From Candidatus Micrarchaeota archaeon (GTDB lineage: Archaea > Micrarchaeota > Micrarchaeia > Micrarchaeales > CABMGC01): DNA of 48,487 nucleotides. The DNA lies in NCBI GenBank assembly GCA_027365725.1, contig DAHXMA010000012.1:1-48487 (forward strand). Reading direction: 5' to 3'. The notes beneath the pieces were generated by a model that did not search any database, was not told where the DNA came from, and was given only the letters and a program-made list of their open reading frames with translations. A program made the position numbers and the translations under genes. Positions within the stretch are counted from its first letter, which is position 1. Every line of letters begins with the position of its first letter. Of the stretch, positions 9,405-19,599 are shown one piece after another.

Positions 9405-10001
9405 ATGGCAAAAAAGGGGCGGCTTGACTACAGGAAGCGCGGGCGCATTTCGCTCGACGTTGACGATACAATAGCAAACATAATGAGCCCGCTGCTCATG
9501 CTCCACAACTCAATAAATTCTTCTGATTATGAGGCTTCAGACGTAACTGACTGGAGCTGGAGGGGCGTTAACCTGACAACCGAGCAGTTCTACGAGCTTT
9601 ACAACAAGGTATGGATGAATTTTACCGAGAGGATAGACTGCATAGTTGACAAGAAGCTGCTGCTCAGGCTCGCTAAGCACTATGAGATAGACCTTGTGAC
9701 AAGCCGCGGCAACGTGCCTAAGCTGGAGGAGACGGTAAAGCCGCTCAAGAAATGGCTTGCCAGGCACGGAATAAGCAAGTTCAGGCTTGTAATAAGCAGC
9801 GAATACAGCCCAAAGGACACTCTCGGGTATGACATATACATAGACGACTCCCCGCTGCTCGCCGAGCGCATAGCCAATGACAAGAAAAAGATACTGCTGC
9901 TGATAGACAGCCCGTACAACAAGCATATAAAAGAGGCCAGCAACATAAAGCGCGTTTCCGACGTAAATGAGGCGCTAAAATCCCTTTCTGGAGTGAGCTG
10001 A
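9405..10001 (+). CDS. HAD-superfamily 5'(3')-deoxyribonucleotidase (NT5C-like)
   Basis: LDVDDTI motif I, VTSR motif II, IDDSP motif IV, PYN. Confidence 0.8.
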   Translation: MAKKGRLDYRKRGRISLDVDDTIANIMSPLLMLHNSINSSDYEASDVTDWSWRGVNLTTEQFYELYNKVWMNFTERIDCIVDKKLLLRLAKHYEIDLVTSRGNVPKLEETVKPLKKWLARHGISKFRLVISSEYSPKDTLGYDIYIDDSPLLAERIANDKKKILLLIDSPYNKHIKEASNIKRVSDVNEALKSLSGVS

Positions 10002-11129
10002 TCATGGCTTTGGGATGAATTCCCCGATCCTGGACTTTAGCTTTTCCCTTGCTTTCCTGTGCTCTGCAAGGAAGCCGTTTATCTTTGCAGCCAGGTCCTT
10101 CTTGTGGTCTCCTGCAAGGAGCGTTCCGTTGCGCTCCCCTTCGAATATCCTTTCAAGTTTCCTGTCATCTGGCTCAAAGAGGTAGCGGTTGTACTGGCAC
10201 ACTGCGCACCTGTCAGGGTCGCCACCTAGCTTCTTCTGCAGCTCTGCGGTTGATTGCTGGCCTGTTATCGCGCGGTTCACCTTGCGCTCTACCGTCTCTT
10301 TGGTGTCGCTTAGGTATATGGCATTGTCAGGGTCGCTTGATGACATTTTTGGCCCGCCCTTAAGCGAAGGCAGGAATCTGGAATGCATTATTGCAGGCTT
10401 GTAATAACCAAGCTTCTCTATTGCGTTCCTCGCTACCCTGAAATGCACGTCCTGGTCTATGCCTAGAGGTATAAGGCAGGGTATATTGCGCCCTTTTTGC
10501 ACTGACTTGAGGAAAGATGGCACGGCCTGCATGCTTGTGTAGAACAGTGTGCCTATGTTGGTGTCGTTGCCGAATCCGAAGGCATCCTTTACTATTGAAA
10601 ACGTTATGTGCTTTGATACCCTTGCTGCCTGCTTGTACAGCACCCCGGCGTGGTCTGTGTCTATCAGTATTGTTGTCTGTTTAGGGTCAAACCCAAGCGC
10701 CGCTATGTCAAGCGCGTCGCTGTAGGCAAGCTCATGCGCAGCGTCAATAGTGAGCTTGGTGTCCCTTTTTGCAAGGAATTTTTCCTCATCTGGTATCTCT
10801 ATCATGACCTCTGCGCCGAACTTCTCCTGCAGCCACCTTGCCATTATAAATGGGAGCAGGTGAGCTATAGTCATGCTGCCGGAAGGAGCTATTCCCGTGT
10901 ATACGTAGAACTTGTTGCCTTTTTCATATTGGTCAAGCAGCCACGAAAGGTCCCTATTTGCAAAAAATATCGACCTGCGCAGAAGGAAGTGAAGGTCGCC
11001 TCCTGCGTCTTTTTTAAGCCTTTCCTTGAGATCGTCGCCTATGGGCTCCACACCGAATTTGCGTATCAGATCTTCATAGTCTACTCGACCTTCCACAGAG
11101 TACGCGTCTACCTTGTATGGGTCTGGCAT
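10002..11129 (-). CDS. trpS: Tryptophan--tRNA ligase (archaeal type)
   Basis: VDYEDLIRKFG, YTGIAPS...TIAH, IP.GIDQD and KMSSS motifs. Confidence 0.95.
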   Translation of the reverse strand: MPDPYKVDAYSVEGRVDYEDLIRKFGVEPIGDDLKERLKKDAGGDLHFLLRRSIFFANRDLSWLLDQYEKGNKFYVYTGIAPSGSMTIAHLLPFIMARWLQEKFGAEVMIEIPDEEKFLAKRDTKLTIDAAHELAYSDALDIAALGFDPKQTTILIDTDHAGVLYKQAARVSKHITFSIVKDAFGFGNDTNIGTLFYTSMQAVPSFLKSVQKGRNIPCLIPLGIDQDVHFRVARNAIEKLGYYKPAIMHSRFLPSLKGGPKMSSSDPDNAIYLSDTKETVERKVNRAITGQQSTAELQKKLGGDPDRCAVCQYNRYLFEPDDRKLERIFEGERNGTLLAGDHKKDLAAKINGFLAEHRKAREKLKSRIGEFIPKP

Positions 11130-11215
11130 CGTTCTGCACCGCTATTGATATGCCGCCAGTTTATTTATGGTTTGCGAAGCGCTTAAAAAACAACGCAGGC
11201 ATTATATATGCATTT

Positions 11216-11288
11216 GCGACCGTAGTCTAGCCTGGTAGGACTTTGGCCTTCCAAGTCAATAACCCGGGTTCAAATCCCGGCGGTCGCA
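11216..11288 (+). tRNA. tRNA-Gly(TCC), intronless, CCA not encoded
   Basis: Acceptor stem gcgaccg/cggtcgc, D-arm tagtctagcctggtagga, anticodon arm ttggc-cttccaa-gtcaa, T-arm ccggg-ttcaaat-cccgg. Confidence 0.96.
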
Positions 11289-11297
11289 GGTTTTGGT

Positions 11298-14200
11298 TCA
11301 CTTGGCCTGTTGCTGGTTTGGTGCTTGGATTTTTTGCCGGCGCCCCCTGAGCCTGAGTGCGTATATGGCAATTATGGCAGATATTGCAGACAATACCGCA
11401 TAAATATAGATGGCTGGAATACCGGGCTGGGACGTGCTGAATATTGCGATTGGACCAGTGTTGTTTGTATGGACATAGACTGTGCACGAAGACTGATTTA
11501 TGGTGTAGTTCTTTAGCGCAATCCATATGCCATTCTCTGGAACATATGGGGCTATGCTTTCAGGAGGCAGGGAACAGGGGTATTTTACTTCTGCGAATAT
11601 GTTGCTTATCGGCGTGGTTGATGATACGTTTACTGCAGTTATTGTATAAACGCCAGGAGGGGCAACAACTCTGCCGGTTATGTTAGACACGGTGAAATTC
11701 GACTCTAGCGGTTTCTCCGAAGCTATGAATATTTTGAGTAATAATCTGGCATTAGTGAAATTTATTATGGCGGGAGCCTTGGAAGAGGCATAGGACCGTA
11801 TTTCTGCTTGGCTGACGGTGCTGCCTATTGGAGGTAGTGGATTTATGATTACCGGTATTGCGGTAGTGGTTGTTTGCACTGATGTAGTTGGTGCTGTGGT
11901 CGTTGTGGTTTTTATGGTAGTTGACACGCTTGTGGTTAAATAGGTGGTAGTTGGGGCTGGAATTGAGGTTGTTCCGGTTGTTGTAGAGGACGATGCGCAG
12001 CTGTAATAACATTGTGATGGCGGGCCTGACGCGGTGGTCGTGGGGGATAGGAGGGATACGCTAAGCACTCCGGAAGCGGCAGAGTTTGAGATATCTAAGT
12101 TGCTGTCTGTTAAGGATATTATTGCATATAGGGTGTTGCCTGATTGTGATGCAGGTATAATATAGGCAAAGGAGTTTGCCGGTGAAAGGAAATTTCCAAC
12201 AAGTATGCCAGTTATTGAATTGTATATTAAGAAATTGTAAGACAGGTACGTGCCACTGCCTCCTGATGCAAGCGCATTGAACGAAATGCTCTGCCCCACG
12301 TTTAGAGTTGTTGGCAGGGAAGGATATGATGCAATATAGGCATGGAGCGCTGGGTCAGCGGAAAGCGTGCCTGTCTCAGCGGAGTTTGAGGCATCCCCTG
12401 CACTGTCGGTCACAAGCACGTTGAACACGAGTGTGTTGCCTACCTGCGACGTGGGTATCGTGTAGGTGAAGCTGTTGGTTGTGGTCAGGTAGTTGCCGAC
12501 CAGGATTCCCGTGATTGAGTTGAAGACAAGGAAGTTGTATGATTCATAAGTCAGGCTACCGCCAGACGCCAACGCGGATAGTGTGGCACTTTGTCCGACA
12601 TCAAAGCTTGAGGGAAGGGACGGGTAGGATATTATCTCCACTACAAGCGGCGAGTTTACGGTTAATATGCCAGTTGGAGCGGAAATGGCCTGTGCGCCAT
12701 TTGTATCGGAGGCAAATACTTTGGCATACAGGGTATTGCCCGCTTCTGCGGAAGGTATTGTGTATTTGAATTCGTTGCTAGCAACATGGGCAACGTATAC
12801 ATTGCCGGTTAGTGCAGATGCGTCTGAGCCGTCAGGGTAGGTCCTTACCCTCAGCCAGCTAATCAGGCCGACATTTGGCCCCGAGCCAGAATTCCATACA
12901 CCTACTGCGGGATATACGTTTGTTGGTAGCGGGGATGCGGTGCTGGTAATGGAGGTATAGTTGTGGTATACTGAAGTTCCCTGGGGTGAAAATTGAGATG
13001 ACAGTATGGCATTTGTCGTTGATGCAGTACTGCCTGATGTTGCGCTTATGTCCTGGTATTCGTATCCGTTTACCCATAAGCACCAAGACAGCCCGCCTGC
13101 TTCTTGTGTAAGGGTAAGTCCGCTAAAGGTGGGCAGTACAGTGAATGCGCATCCATTTGGCCCGGTGTTTAGAGATGATTGTTGGGACAAGCTGTTTGTG
13201 GCGCCTATTGAAAACTCGTACCCTGTGGCACCGACTGTTGCGGTTGGCAGGCTACGCCAGAGGGCTTCTGTTAGTGTATTTTGGCTTGAAATAGGATATG
13301 TTATCCATTCTCCAGAGTTGGTGGATGACTCTGTAATTGTAAGGCCATTCGAAACTGATTCGGAAGCCCCGCCTATTGTGTTTGCAATTAGCGTCTGTGG
13401 CAGATTTTGGCCTTCGAAATTCCAATAATTGATGAATACCGAGTTGCCATTATCGTATTCCCCGTATGCATTTGAAAGCTGTGGCGCTTCGCCAATGTTG
13501 TTGCCAGGCACCAGAAAGTTTGTAGAGGTTGAACCTATGCCAAAATAGTATATGCCATTTGCAGAAGATCCTCCAGGCAGCGTGTCTGTGCCTAGGTTAA
13601 TCCACAGTACTACGTTGCTTGCTAGGTTTATATTAGACGTCTGGTATTCATTTGACGAATTGCCCTCTATCCATGCCGGGATCTGTAAGCCGCTTATTCC
13701 ATTATATATGTAGATGTTTTGCAACGAGTTGCTTAAATAGCTCGAATATGCAAGGGCATTGAATGCCAGCATAAGCTGTGTGTTGGTGGGAGTTGCTACG
13801 GAAGATGGATTTATTATGTTTATTGGTATGCAGTAGAGCGTGAGCGTCGCAATGTTGGAGGGAAGTATGTTGCCGCATTTTGAAGGCGGAGCTGATGTAA
13901 GCTGATTTGCTACAACTGCGTTTGTTACGCTATTGTAGACTATAAAATTGAATGAGGTGTAAGAGCCACTTCCCCCAGTTGCGACTGCTGTGAATGTTTC
14001 CACCTGCCCCGGGTTTAGTAATGCAGGAAGGGAAGGGGATGAAGAAATTGACACTGATAATGCCGGGTCTACAGAAAGCACCCCGGTGCTTGGGGAGCTG
14101 GACACCTGCCCGCTTGTATCGGTTACCAATACGTTTGCATACAAATAATTCCCAGACTGGCTGCTTGGAATTGTGTACGAGAATGAAGGGTTTGTTGATA

Positions 14201-17200
14201 GTTGGTTTGCTACTGGCATCCCGGTTGCAGAATTGTATATTGTGAAATTGTAGGAAACATAAGTGCCAGTGCCGCCTGTGGCAGATGCTGTAAAGGTTTC
14301 TGTCTGGCCAACATCTAAGCTTGATGGCAGAGCAGGGTTGCTTGATATGGAGGCTATAATTTTTGACGAGTATATCTTAAATTGCTGTGATATGCTGTTG
14401 GCGGTATTGCCTTTTGAGTCGGTGACTTCTACGCTTGCTTCTTCCGGACTGTTGCTCACGTCCAGCGAATTTGCCTGGAAAGAAAAGGTGTAGGCGCCGG
14501 CAGACGTGCTGACTAAATCGTTATGGGTTATGGCGCTTGTATCGGCCGAATTGAAGACAAGGAAGTTGTATGTGTATGGCTGGGTTCCGCCACTTACCGT
14601 CGCGGTGAACGATTCGTAATTGCCAGAGTAAGTTATTGAATTTGATGGTGAAGAGATAGAAACGCCCATGCTAGTCTGCTGTATTTCTGAAAATGATATG
14701 CTTGGCATGATTCCTTCTGGAGGGTATGACCTCGCCCTGATCCAATAAAGGTACATGTATGCAGTTGCGCCGCCTGTTGCAGAGCCTACATAGAATATGT
14801 TTCCTGGGGAAATTGGGCTCCCTGAATAACTTACTGCGGTTGATAGCCCGGAATATATTCCTGACTCATAGATATTTGCAGTGGACGTTGTGAAATTCAT
14901 CTTTGTTTCAGAAGTCGTTACCGGTATTTGCACGAACATGAAATTTGTTCCTGAGGTAGGAAGTACTTGGGAAGATGCGCTTGCATATGTGGTAGTTGAA
15001 TCGTGCAATAAAGGAGATGCTCCACTATAAAACTCATAAGAGGCATAATACCCGTTTATAGATGCAGGACTTCCGCCGCCTGAGCTAGAGCTTATCCCGC
15101 TTGCATAAATTCCGAAGCCCATATCGTCTGCATTGCCGTTGAACATGTAACTTGCCTCTACGATGACATTGCTAAAAGTGAATGGGTAATTGTATTGGAG
15201 GGCAGTTGCCTGGCTCCCGCCGTTGTTCATCATCTCTACACCGCCGCTGCTTGACTGGCCCCCTATGAATGTAGGAGCATATGACCCTACTATTGATTTC
15301 GTAGTCCATCCCTGTGGCATGGAATTTCCCTGGAACGCGCCATAGATGTAGAAAACGTTTGCACCGTCGTCATATTCTCCGTAAGTCGCAGAAAGCTGCG
15401 GAGCCTCGCCTGTGCTTTCCTGCCCTAAAATGTTTTCTGTGTTAGAGGTGAATCCCATATATACTATCAGCGAGCTGTTTGCAGGTATTGATATGGTATT
15501 GGCCCAGTAAATGGTATTTGTTGAAGTATATAGGTATACTGAATTTGTAGGGTTGTCCAACAGCGAATTGCTTGCGCTTCCTTCCATCCATGAATTTATA
15601 ATTGTCCCGTTTTGGTAAAAGAATTCTATGTTGTCAAGGTTTGGCGCTTCGCGCTCGGAGTAGTTAAGGCTGTTTACGGCTATCATTGACTGAAAGGGAT
15701 TTGGAGTTTGCAGGTTCTGGAAATTAGTTATTGTAATTGGCACATAATATAACACTCCTGGGGGCGCCTGCGGCTGCGCTATTATGTTGAATGAATATGA
15801 TATGCTGTTTGGTAGATAATTTCCGTTTCCAAGTGTATTGAAAGTGTATGAATAGGTGCCCACAGAATTTGGCGAAGTAGAGCTTAAGGATGAGAAAGTA
15901 TTTGCAACTAAAACGCCGTTTTGATACAAGTTTGCTTGGATCTGGTTTGAAAGGGCATATATTGAAGCTGACGTGACGCACCCTGCACCGGTATACGGTA
16001 CCTGCTTGGCGCATTTCCCTGTAAATTGCAGTTGTGGCGCTATGGAATTGATTGAAAGCGTTTGCGCCTGAGAGCAGGCGTTTGTAGTTGTATCGCATCC
16101 ATCTATTACATGATTTCCTGCTGGAAGGCAGTCCTGTTCCGAGGCAGGATAGCTGCATACGATATACTGGCTTTGGCCTGAAGCAGAGCTGGCAACTTGT
16201 ACATTGTCTATAAGTATGTTAGATCCATCTGTGCTTGTGCCTGGCGTGAATGAAATTATGTCGTTTGCCCCGTAGCTTATCGAATTAGCCTGCATAATTA
16301 GCCCTGTGAGCTGGCTTTGGCTGAAGTTGAGGCTTGGCATGACGCCGCTTGGGGGATAGGTGCGGACAAGGGCCCATAGAAGGTTTATTGATGTTATAGA
16401 TGCCGCCCCTACGCCTGCATATAGCGCTAGGGTGTTTGCCTGAGCCGATATTATGCCGGGATAGGAAAGTATATTTGTGTTTGACAGTGTTTGGTATATT
16501 TGTGATGACGATGTTGTTTCGTTCATCTGTATTAGGTTTTTTGTTATTGCTGACTGAGTATACAGATAAATATAAGATTTGTTTATGTTTGTGCCGCTTG
16601 CCACCTGCGTGCCTGAATTTATAAGTGCAGTTTCGTCTGCTCCGCTGTACATTCCGTAGTTAAGGGAATAATAATTTGAACTGGAATAAGAAATAAATCC
16701 TGTTGCATAAGCTCCGTATATGGTTTCAGATCTGTCTGCACTTGAATTGAAATAGTAGCTGGCCTCCGTAATCGTGTTTATTAGGTTGGCCGCCGTATAT
16801 GCACTTCCGCCGTTGTCGTTGCTTGATACAAGTTTTATGCCGTTTGAGCTTCCGCTGAATGATGCGCTTCCGGCAAGGGACCAGGAGTTTGGCATTGAGG
16901 ATCCCTGAAATGCACCATACACATCAAATACGTTTGCGCCGTTGTCCACGCCCCCATATGATGTGGCAGGGCAGCCAGACGCACAAAAGAGCTGTGGCGC
17001 TGCTCCGATTGTATTTCCGTTAAATAGGTCTTTGTTTGTATGAGCAAAGCCCATACCTATGATGGAATTGCTTGGAAATACGTTTGGAACTCCGGCGGAA
17101 AGATCCCAAGGCAGCCTTACCCAGAATACTACGTCTGTGCTGCTGCTTATGAGTCTGGATTGCGTTTCATTAAGCGCGTTGCCCTCGAGCCAGCTATTTA

Positions 17201-19421
17201 GTATAGTGCCGTTTACTCCGTCGAAGAACTCGACGTTGCTTAGGCTGCTGTTCAGTAGCGTGTAATTTGAAAGCGCATTCACGGCAACCATAAGCTGAAA
17301 TGCTTGAGATGTGCCATTTTCATGCCAGTTTGATACGGTAATGTTCTTATACTGGATTATTCCGGGGGGCGTTTCCCAGGACCCTATTACGAATATGTTG
17401 CCAGAGTATGTGTAGTTTGATTGGGGAGTTGGCTGGGAGTCTGTTACTGTGACGTTGGCAAAGTAGCTTACTGAATTGCTATCAATTGATGAAGGAGGCG
17501 ACCAGACGAATGTGTTTGAGGTTGACTGAACGTTGGAGTTCAGGATATTGGCTACGGGAACTCCGGTTTTTGCATTGAAAACTACGAAATTATAGGTATA
17601 TGGGGCAGTAGTTGGCCTTATTATAGCATTGAATGTAATTTGGCCTGAGCTGCCCAAGACCATTGTGTTACTTACTGCAATTACAGGCAGAATTGGCTGT
17701 AGCACAATAACGTTGTCTGTTGTAGATGTTGCCGATTCCCCAAGCTGATCTGTTGATTGGTAGCAATAATATGTGTCTTGTGTAGGTGAAGCTGTATATG
17801 TAGACGATGTTGCTCCTGCTATTGCTGTGTCTGAGGAGCATGTTGAAGATGTGCCGCTGTACCATTGATAGGTGTATGTTCCCGAGCCTCCTGAGGGGTT
17901 TGCAGTAAGCACTACATTGCCGCCGGTCTTTATCTGTGGCGAGGTTGGAGTTATGGGGTTTGCAACTACTTCGCTATTAAGTACGACATTTGACTGGGTG
18001 GATGTGGCAGTGGTAGGATGGGCATCTGTGATTTGAAGTTCGAAGCTATATGTGCCTGCAGCTACTGCTGAATTTGAGGCAAAGCTACATGATGTGGATT
18101 GCGGTGTCGCGCAAAGCGCATTGGCTTCGGACGCTGTGTATGAAGACTGTGAAGGGGCCTCTGCAATCCATTGGTATGAATAAGGAGTCGTGCCGAGCTC
18201 TGCTCCCTGATCAGATATTGTAACAGTTTGGCCCTGGTCCGCTGTCTGCTGCGCCGGCTGTGGCTGGGCTATTATCGGAGGGACATAGCTTGGTGATGTG
18301 GATATTAGGTTGCCGAAGAGGGTGGTTGGCATCACGCCGGCGGGGGGGTATGATCGTATTCTAAACCACTGTATGTGAATGGTCTTGTCATTCCACCATG
18401 AAGATGCCATTGGATAATAGCTGTTATACGAAGTGTCAATAGTTGATATTATGTTTTCTGTGTAATTGTAGGCTAAAATAAGCTTGCTGTTTCCTATATA
18501 AAATGAAGTTATTCCGTATGAAGTCACCGGGTTTGCGCCTTGGCTTGTTGCCAGACATGAACTTGAGGATCCGGACCATTTCAAAATTGCGGTATTTGCG
18601 GAGCACACCGGGCCCTGTGTGCTCTGATATCCGGAGCTGAATGCACTGCCGTAGCCGTTTACATAGCCCAGAGAAACCGTTGGGTTTGACCCGCTGGAGT
18701 ATGCAAAGAAGTCTATCGTAAATGGCCTTTGATATGCTTGGGTAAGAACTATCTGCGCATTATTGCCTCCGCTGCCTGCGCCAGTAAAGCTTATGCCATT
18801 ATCTACAAGCAATGAAGATGTTGTTACTGTGTTCCATGCAGAGCTTATGGAATTGCCGGCAAAGTTGTCATAGAATTTGAAAACAGATTTTCCATCATCG
18901 TATTCTCCGTAGGAAGACTGCGGGCATCCGCTTGCACACCACAGTTGAGGTGCAACTCCGTCTAGGGTATTGCTTAAGAGATTATTCGAAACTGATGAGT
19001 ATCCTATGCCTATTTTAAGTGTATTGCTTGCTTCTATTGCGTTGCCTGGATCATTTTGCAGACCTGGAAGTGTTACCCAGTAGACTATATTCTCTGAAGT
19101 GTACAGATTTGTGCTCTGATATCCGTTTAGAGTGTTGCCCTCTAGCCATGAATTTATTACATTCCCGTTAGAAAGGTTGAAGAACTCTATGTTTGCAAGG
19201 TCTGGTGCGAGATATTCGTTGCTGGTATAGAGATAATCATAAAAGGCATTGAATGGTATCATTACCTGAGAATTGGAGGGAACTGGGGCTGCTTGGGAAT
19301 TAGTTATAGTTATTTCGCGGTAGTAAGATATGCCAGGCGGCACAGATTGGCCGTAGGCATCGTACAAAAGTAAAGTAATGAGAAGAATAAATGAAATGGC
19401 ATTTAAATGCAAGGAAGGCAT
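11298..19421 (-). CDS. Giant cell-surface protein (2707 aa): signal peptide, 4 DUF2341-like modules, multiple Ig/PKD-like repeats, Thr-rich linker, C-terminal TM anchor
   Basis: Signal-like N-terminus; four modules of the form ITxxN...N(I/V)EFF...NSWxEG...APQL...YGEYDDG...WxRxRxYPP; repeats of TFTAxAxGGxGxYxYNF; TM plus basic tail. Confidence 0.85.
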   Translation of the reverse strand: MPSLHLNAISFILLITLLLYDAYGQSVPPGISYYREITITNSQAAPVPSNSQVMIPFNAFYDYLYTSNEYLAPDLANIEFFNLSNGNVINSWLEGNTLNGYQSTNLYTSENIVYWVTLPGLQNDPGNAIEASNTLKIGIGYSSVSNNLLSNTLDGVAPQLWCASGCPQSSYGEYDDGKSVFKFYDNFAGNSISSAWNTVTTSSLLVDNGISFTGAGSGGNNAQIVLTQAYQRPFTIDFFAYSSGSNPTVSLGYVNGYGSAFSSGYQSTQGPVCSANTAILKWSGSSSSCLATSQGANPVTSYGITSFYIGNSKLILAYNYTENIISTIDTSYNSYYPMASSWWNDKTIHIQWFRIRSYPPAGVMPTTLFGNLISTSPSYVPPIIAQPQPAQQTADQGQTVTISDQGAELGTTPYSYQWIAEAPSQSSYTASEANALCATPQSTSCSFASNSAVAAGTYSFELQITDAHPTTATSTQSNVVLNSEVVANPITPTSPQIKTGGNVVLTANPSGGSGTYTYQWYSGTSSTCSSDTAIAGATSSTYTASPTQDTYYCYQSTDQLGESATSTTDNVIVLQPILPVIAVSNTMVLGSSGQITFNAIIRPTTAPYTYNFVVFNAKTGVPVANILNSNVQSTSNTFVWSPPSSIDSNSVSYFANVTVTDSQPTPQSNYTYSGNIFVIGSWETPPGIIQYKNITVSNWHENGTSQAFQLMVAVNALSNYTLLNSSLSNVEFFDGVNGTILNSWLEGNALNETQSRLISSSTDVVFWVRLPWDLSAGVPNVFPSNSIIGMGFAHTNKDLFNGNTIGAAPQLFCASGCPATSYGGVDNGANVFDVYGAFQGSSMPNSWSLAGSASFSGSSNGIKLVSSNDNGGSAYTAANLINTITEASYYFNSSADRSETIYGAYATGFISYSSSNYYSLNYGMYSGADETALINSGTQVASGTNINKSYIYLYTQSAITKNLIQMNETTSSSQIYQTLSNTNILSYPGIISAQANTLALYAGVGAASITSINLLWALVRTYPPSGVMPSLNFSQSQLTGLIMQANSISYGANDIISFTPGTSTDGSNILIDNVQVASSASGQSQYIVCSYPASEQDCLPAGNHVIDGCDTTTNACSQAQTLSINSIAPQLQFTGKCAKQVPYTGAGCVTSASIYALSNQIQANLYQNGVLVANTFSSLSSTSPNSVGTYSYTFNTLGNGNYLPNSISYSFNIIAQPQAPPGVLYYVPITITNFQNLQTPNPFQSMIAVNSLNYSEREAPNLDNIEFFYQNGTIINSWMEGSASNSLLDNPTNSVYLYTSTNTIYWANTISIPANSSLIVYMGFTSNTENILGQESTGEAPQLSATYGEYDDGANVFYIYGAFQGNSMPQGWTTKSIVGSYAPTFIGGQSSSGGVEMMNNGGSQATALQYNYPFTFSNVIVEASYMFNGNADDMGFGIYASGISSSSGGGSPASINGYYASYEFYSGASPLLHDSTTTYASASSQVLPTSGTNFMFVQIPVTTSETKMNFTTSTANIYESGIYSGLSTAVSYSGSPISPGNIFYVGSATGGATAYMYLYWIRARSYPPEGIMPSISFSEIQQTSMGVSISSPSNSITYSGNYESFTATVSGGTQPYTYNFLVFNSADTSAITHNDLVSTSAGAYTFSFQANSLDVSNSPEEASVEVTDSKGNTANSISQQFKIYSSKIIASISSNPALPSSLDVGQTETFTASATGGTGTYVSYNFTIYNSATGMPVANQLSTNPSFSYTIPSSQSGNYLYANVLVTDTSGQVSSSPSTGVLSVDPALSVSISSSPSLPALLNPGQVETFTAVATGGSGSYTSFNFIVYNSVTNAVVANQLTSAPPSKCGNILPSNIATLTLYCIPINIINPSSVATPTNTQLMLAFNALAYSSYLSNSLQNIYIYNGISGLQIPAWIEGNSSNEYQTSNINLASNVVLWINLGTDTLPGGSSANGIYYFGIGSTSTNFLVPGNNIGEAPQLSNAYGEYDNGNSVFINYWNFEGQNLPQTLIANTIGGASESVSNGLTITESSTNSGEWITYPISSQNTLTEALWRSLPTATVGATGYEFSIGATNSLSQQSSLNTGPNGCAFTVLPTFSGLTLTQEAGGLSWCLWVNGYEYQDISATSGSTASTTNAILSSQFSPQGTSVYHNYTSITSTASPLPTNVYPAVGVWNSGSGPNVGLISWLRVRTYPDGSDASALTGNVYVAHVASNEFKYTIPSAEAGNTLYAKVFASDTNGAQAISAPTGILTVNSPLVVEIISYPSLPSSFDVGQSATLSALASGGSLTYESYNFLVFNSITGILVGNYLTTTNSFTYTIPTSQVGNTLVFNVLVTDSAGDASNSAETGTLSADPALHAYIASYPSLPTTLNVGQSISFNALASGGSGTYLSYNFLIYNSITGILVGNFLSPANSFAYIIPASQSGNTLYAIISLTDSNLDISNSAASGVLSVSLLSPTTTASGPPSQCYYSCASSSTTTGTTSIPAPTTTYLTTSVSTTIKTTTTTAPTTSVQTTTTAIPVIINPLPPIGSTVSQAEIRSYASSKAPAIINFTNARLLLKIFIASEKPLESNFTVSNITGRVVAPPGVYTITAVNVSSTTPISNIFAEVKYPCSLPPESIAPYVPENGIWIALKNYTINQSSCTVYVHTNNTGPIAIFSTSQPGIPAIYIYAVLSAISAIIAIYALRLRGRRQKIQAPNQQQAK

Positions 19422-19599
19422 GCATTTACCGTTAGGTAATTTTGAGACAATGCTTTTATAATTGCCGTATAAATCGGTGTTGTGGTGTTTGGGGTTTGCT
19501 GAGGTTTTTGCTGGGTTGGTTGCTGCTGGTTTTGAATGTGAATATAGGAGAGCTGCGCAGGTAGGATATTGTTAGCAGGCGGTTTGGTGAGGCTTTTGC

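Noticed and set aside
12781-13893. Intein as the explanation for the nested insertion
   Set aside because: No Cys/Ser...His-Asn splice termini; the insert is homologous to the protein's other three modules
11298-19421. Diversity-generating retroelement target
   Set aside because: No reverse transcriptase and no near-identical template/variable repeat pair differing at adenines is visible in the window
19480-19545. CAGCA/CCAA-rich low-complexity tract as a repeat array
   Set aside because: Irregular, and consistent with the general G/T skew of plus-strand intergenic DNA
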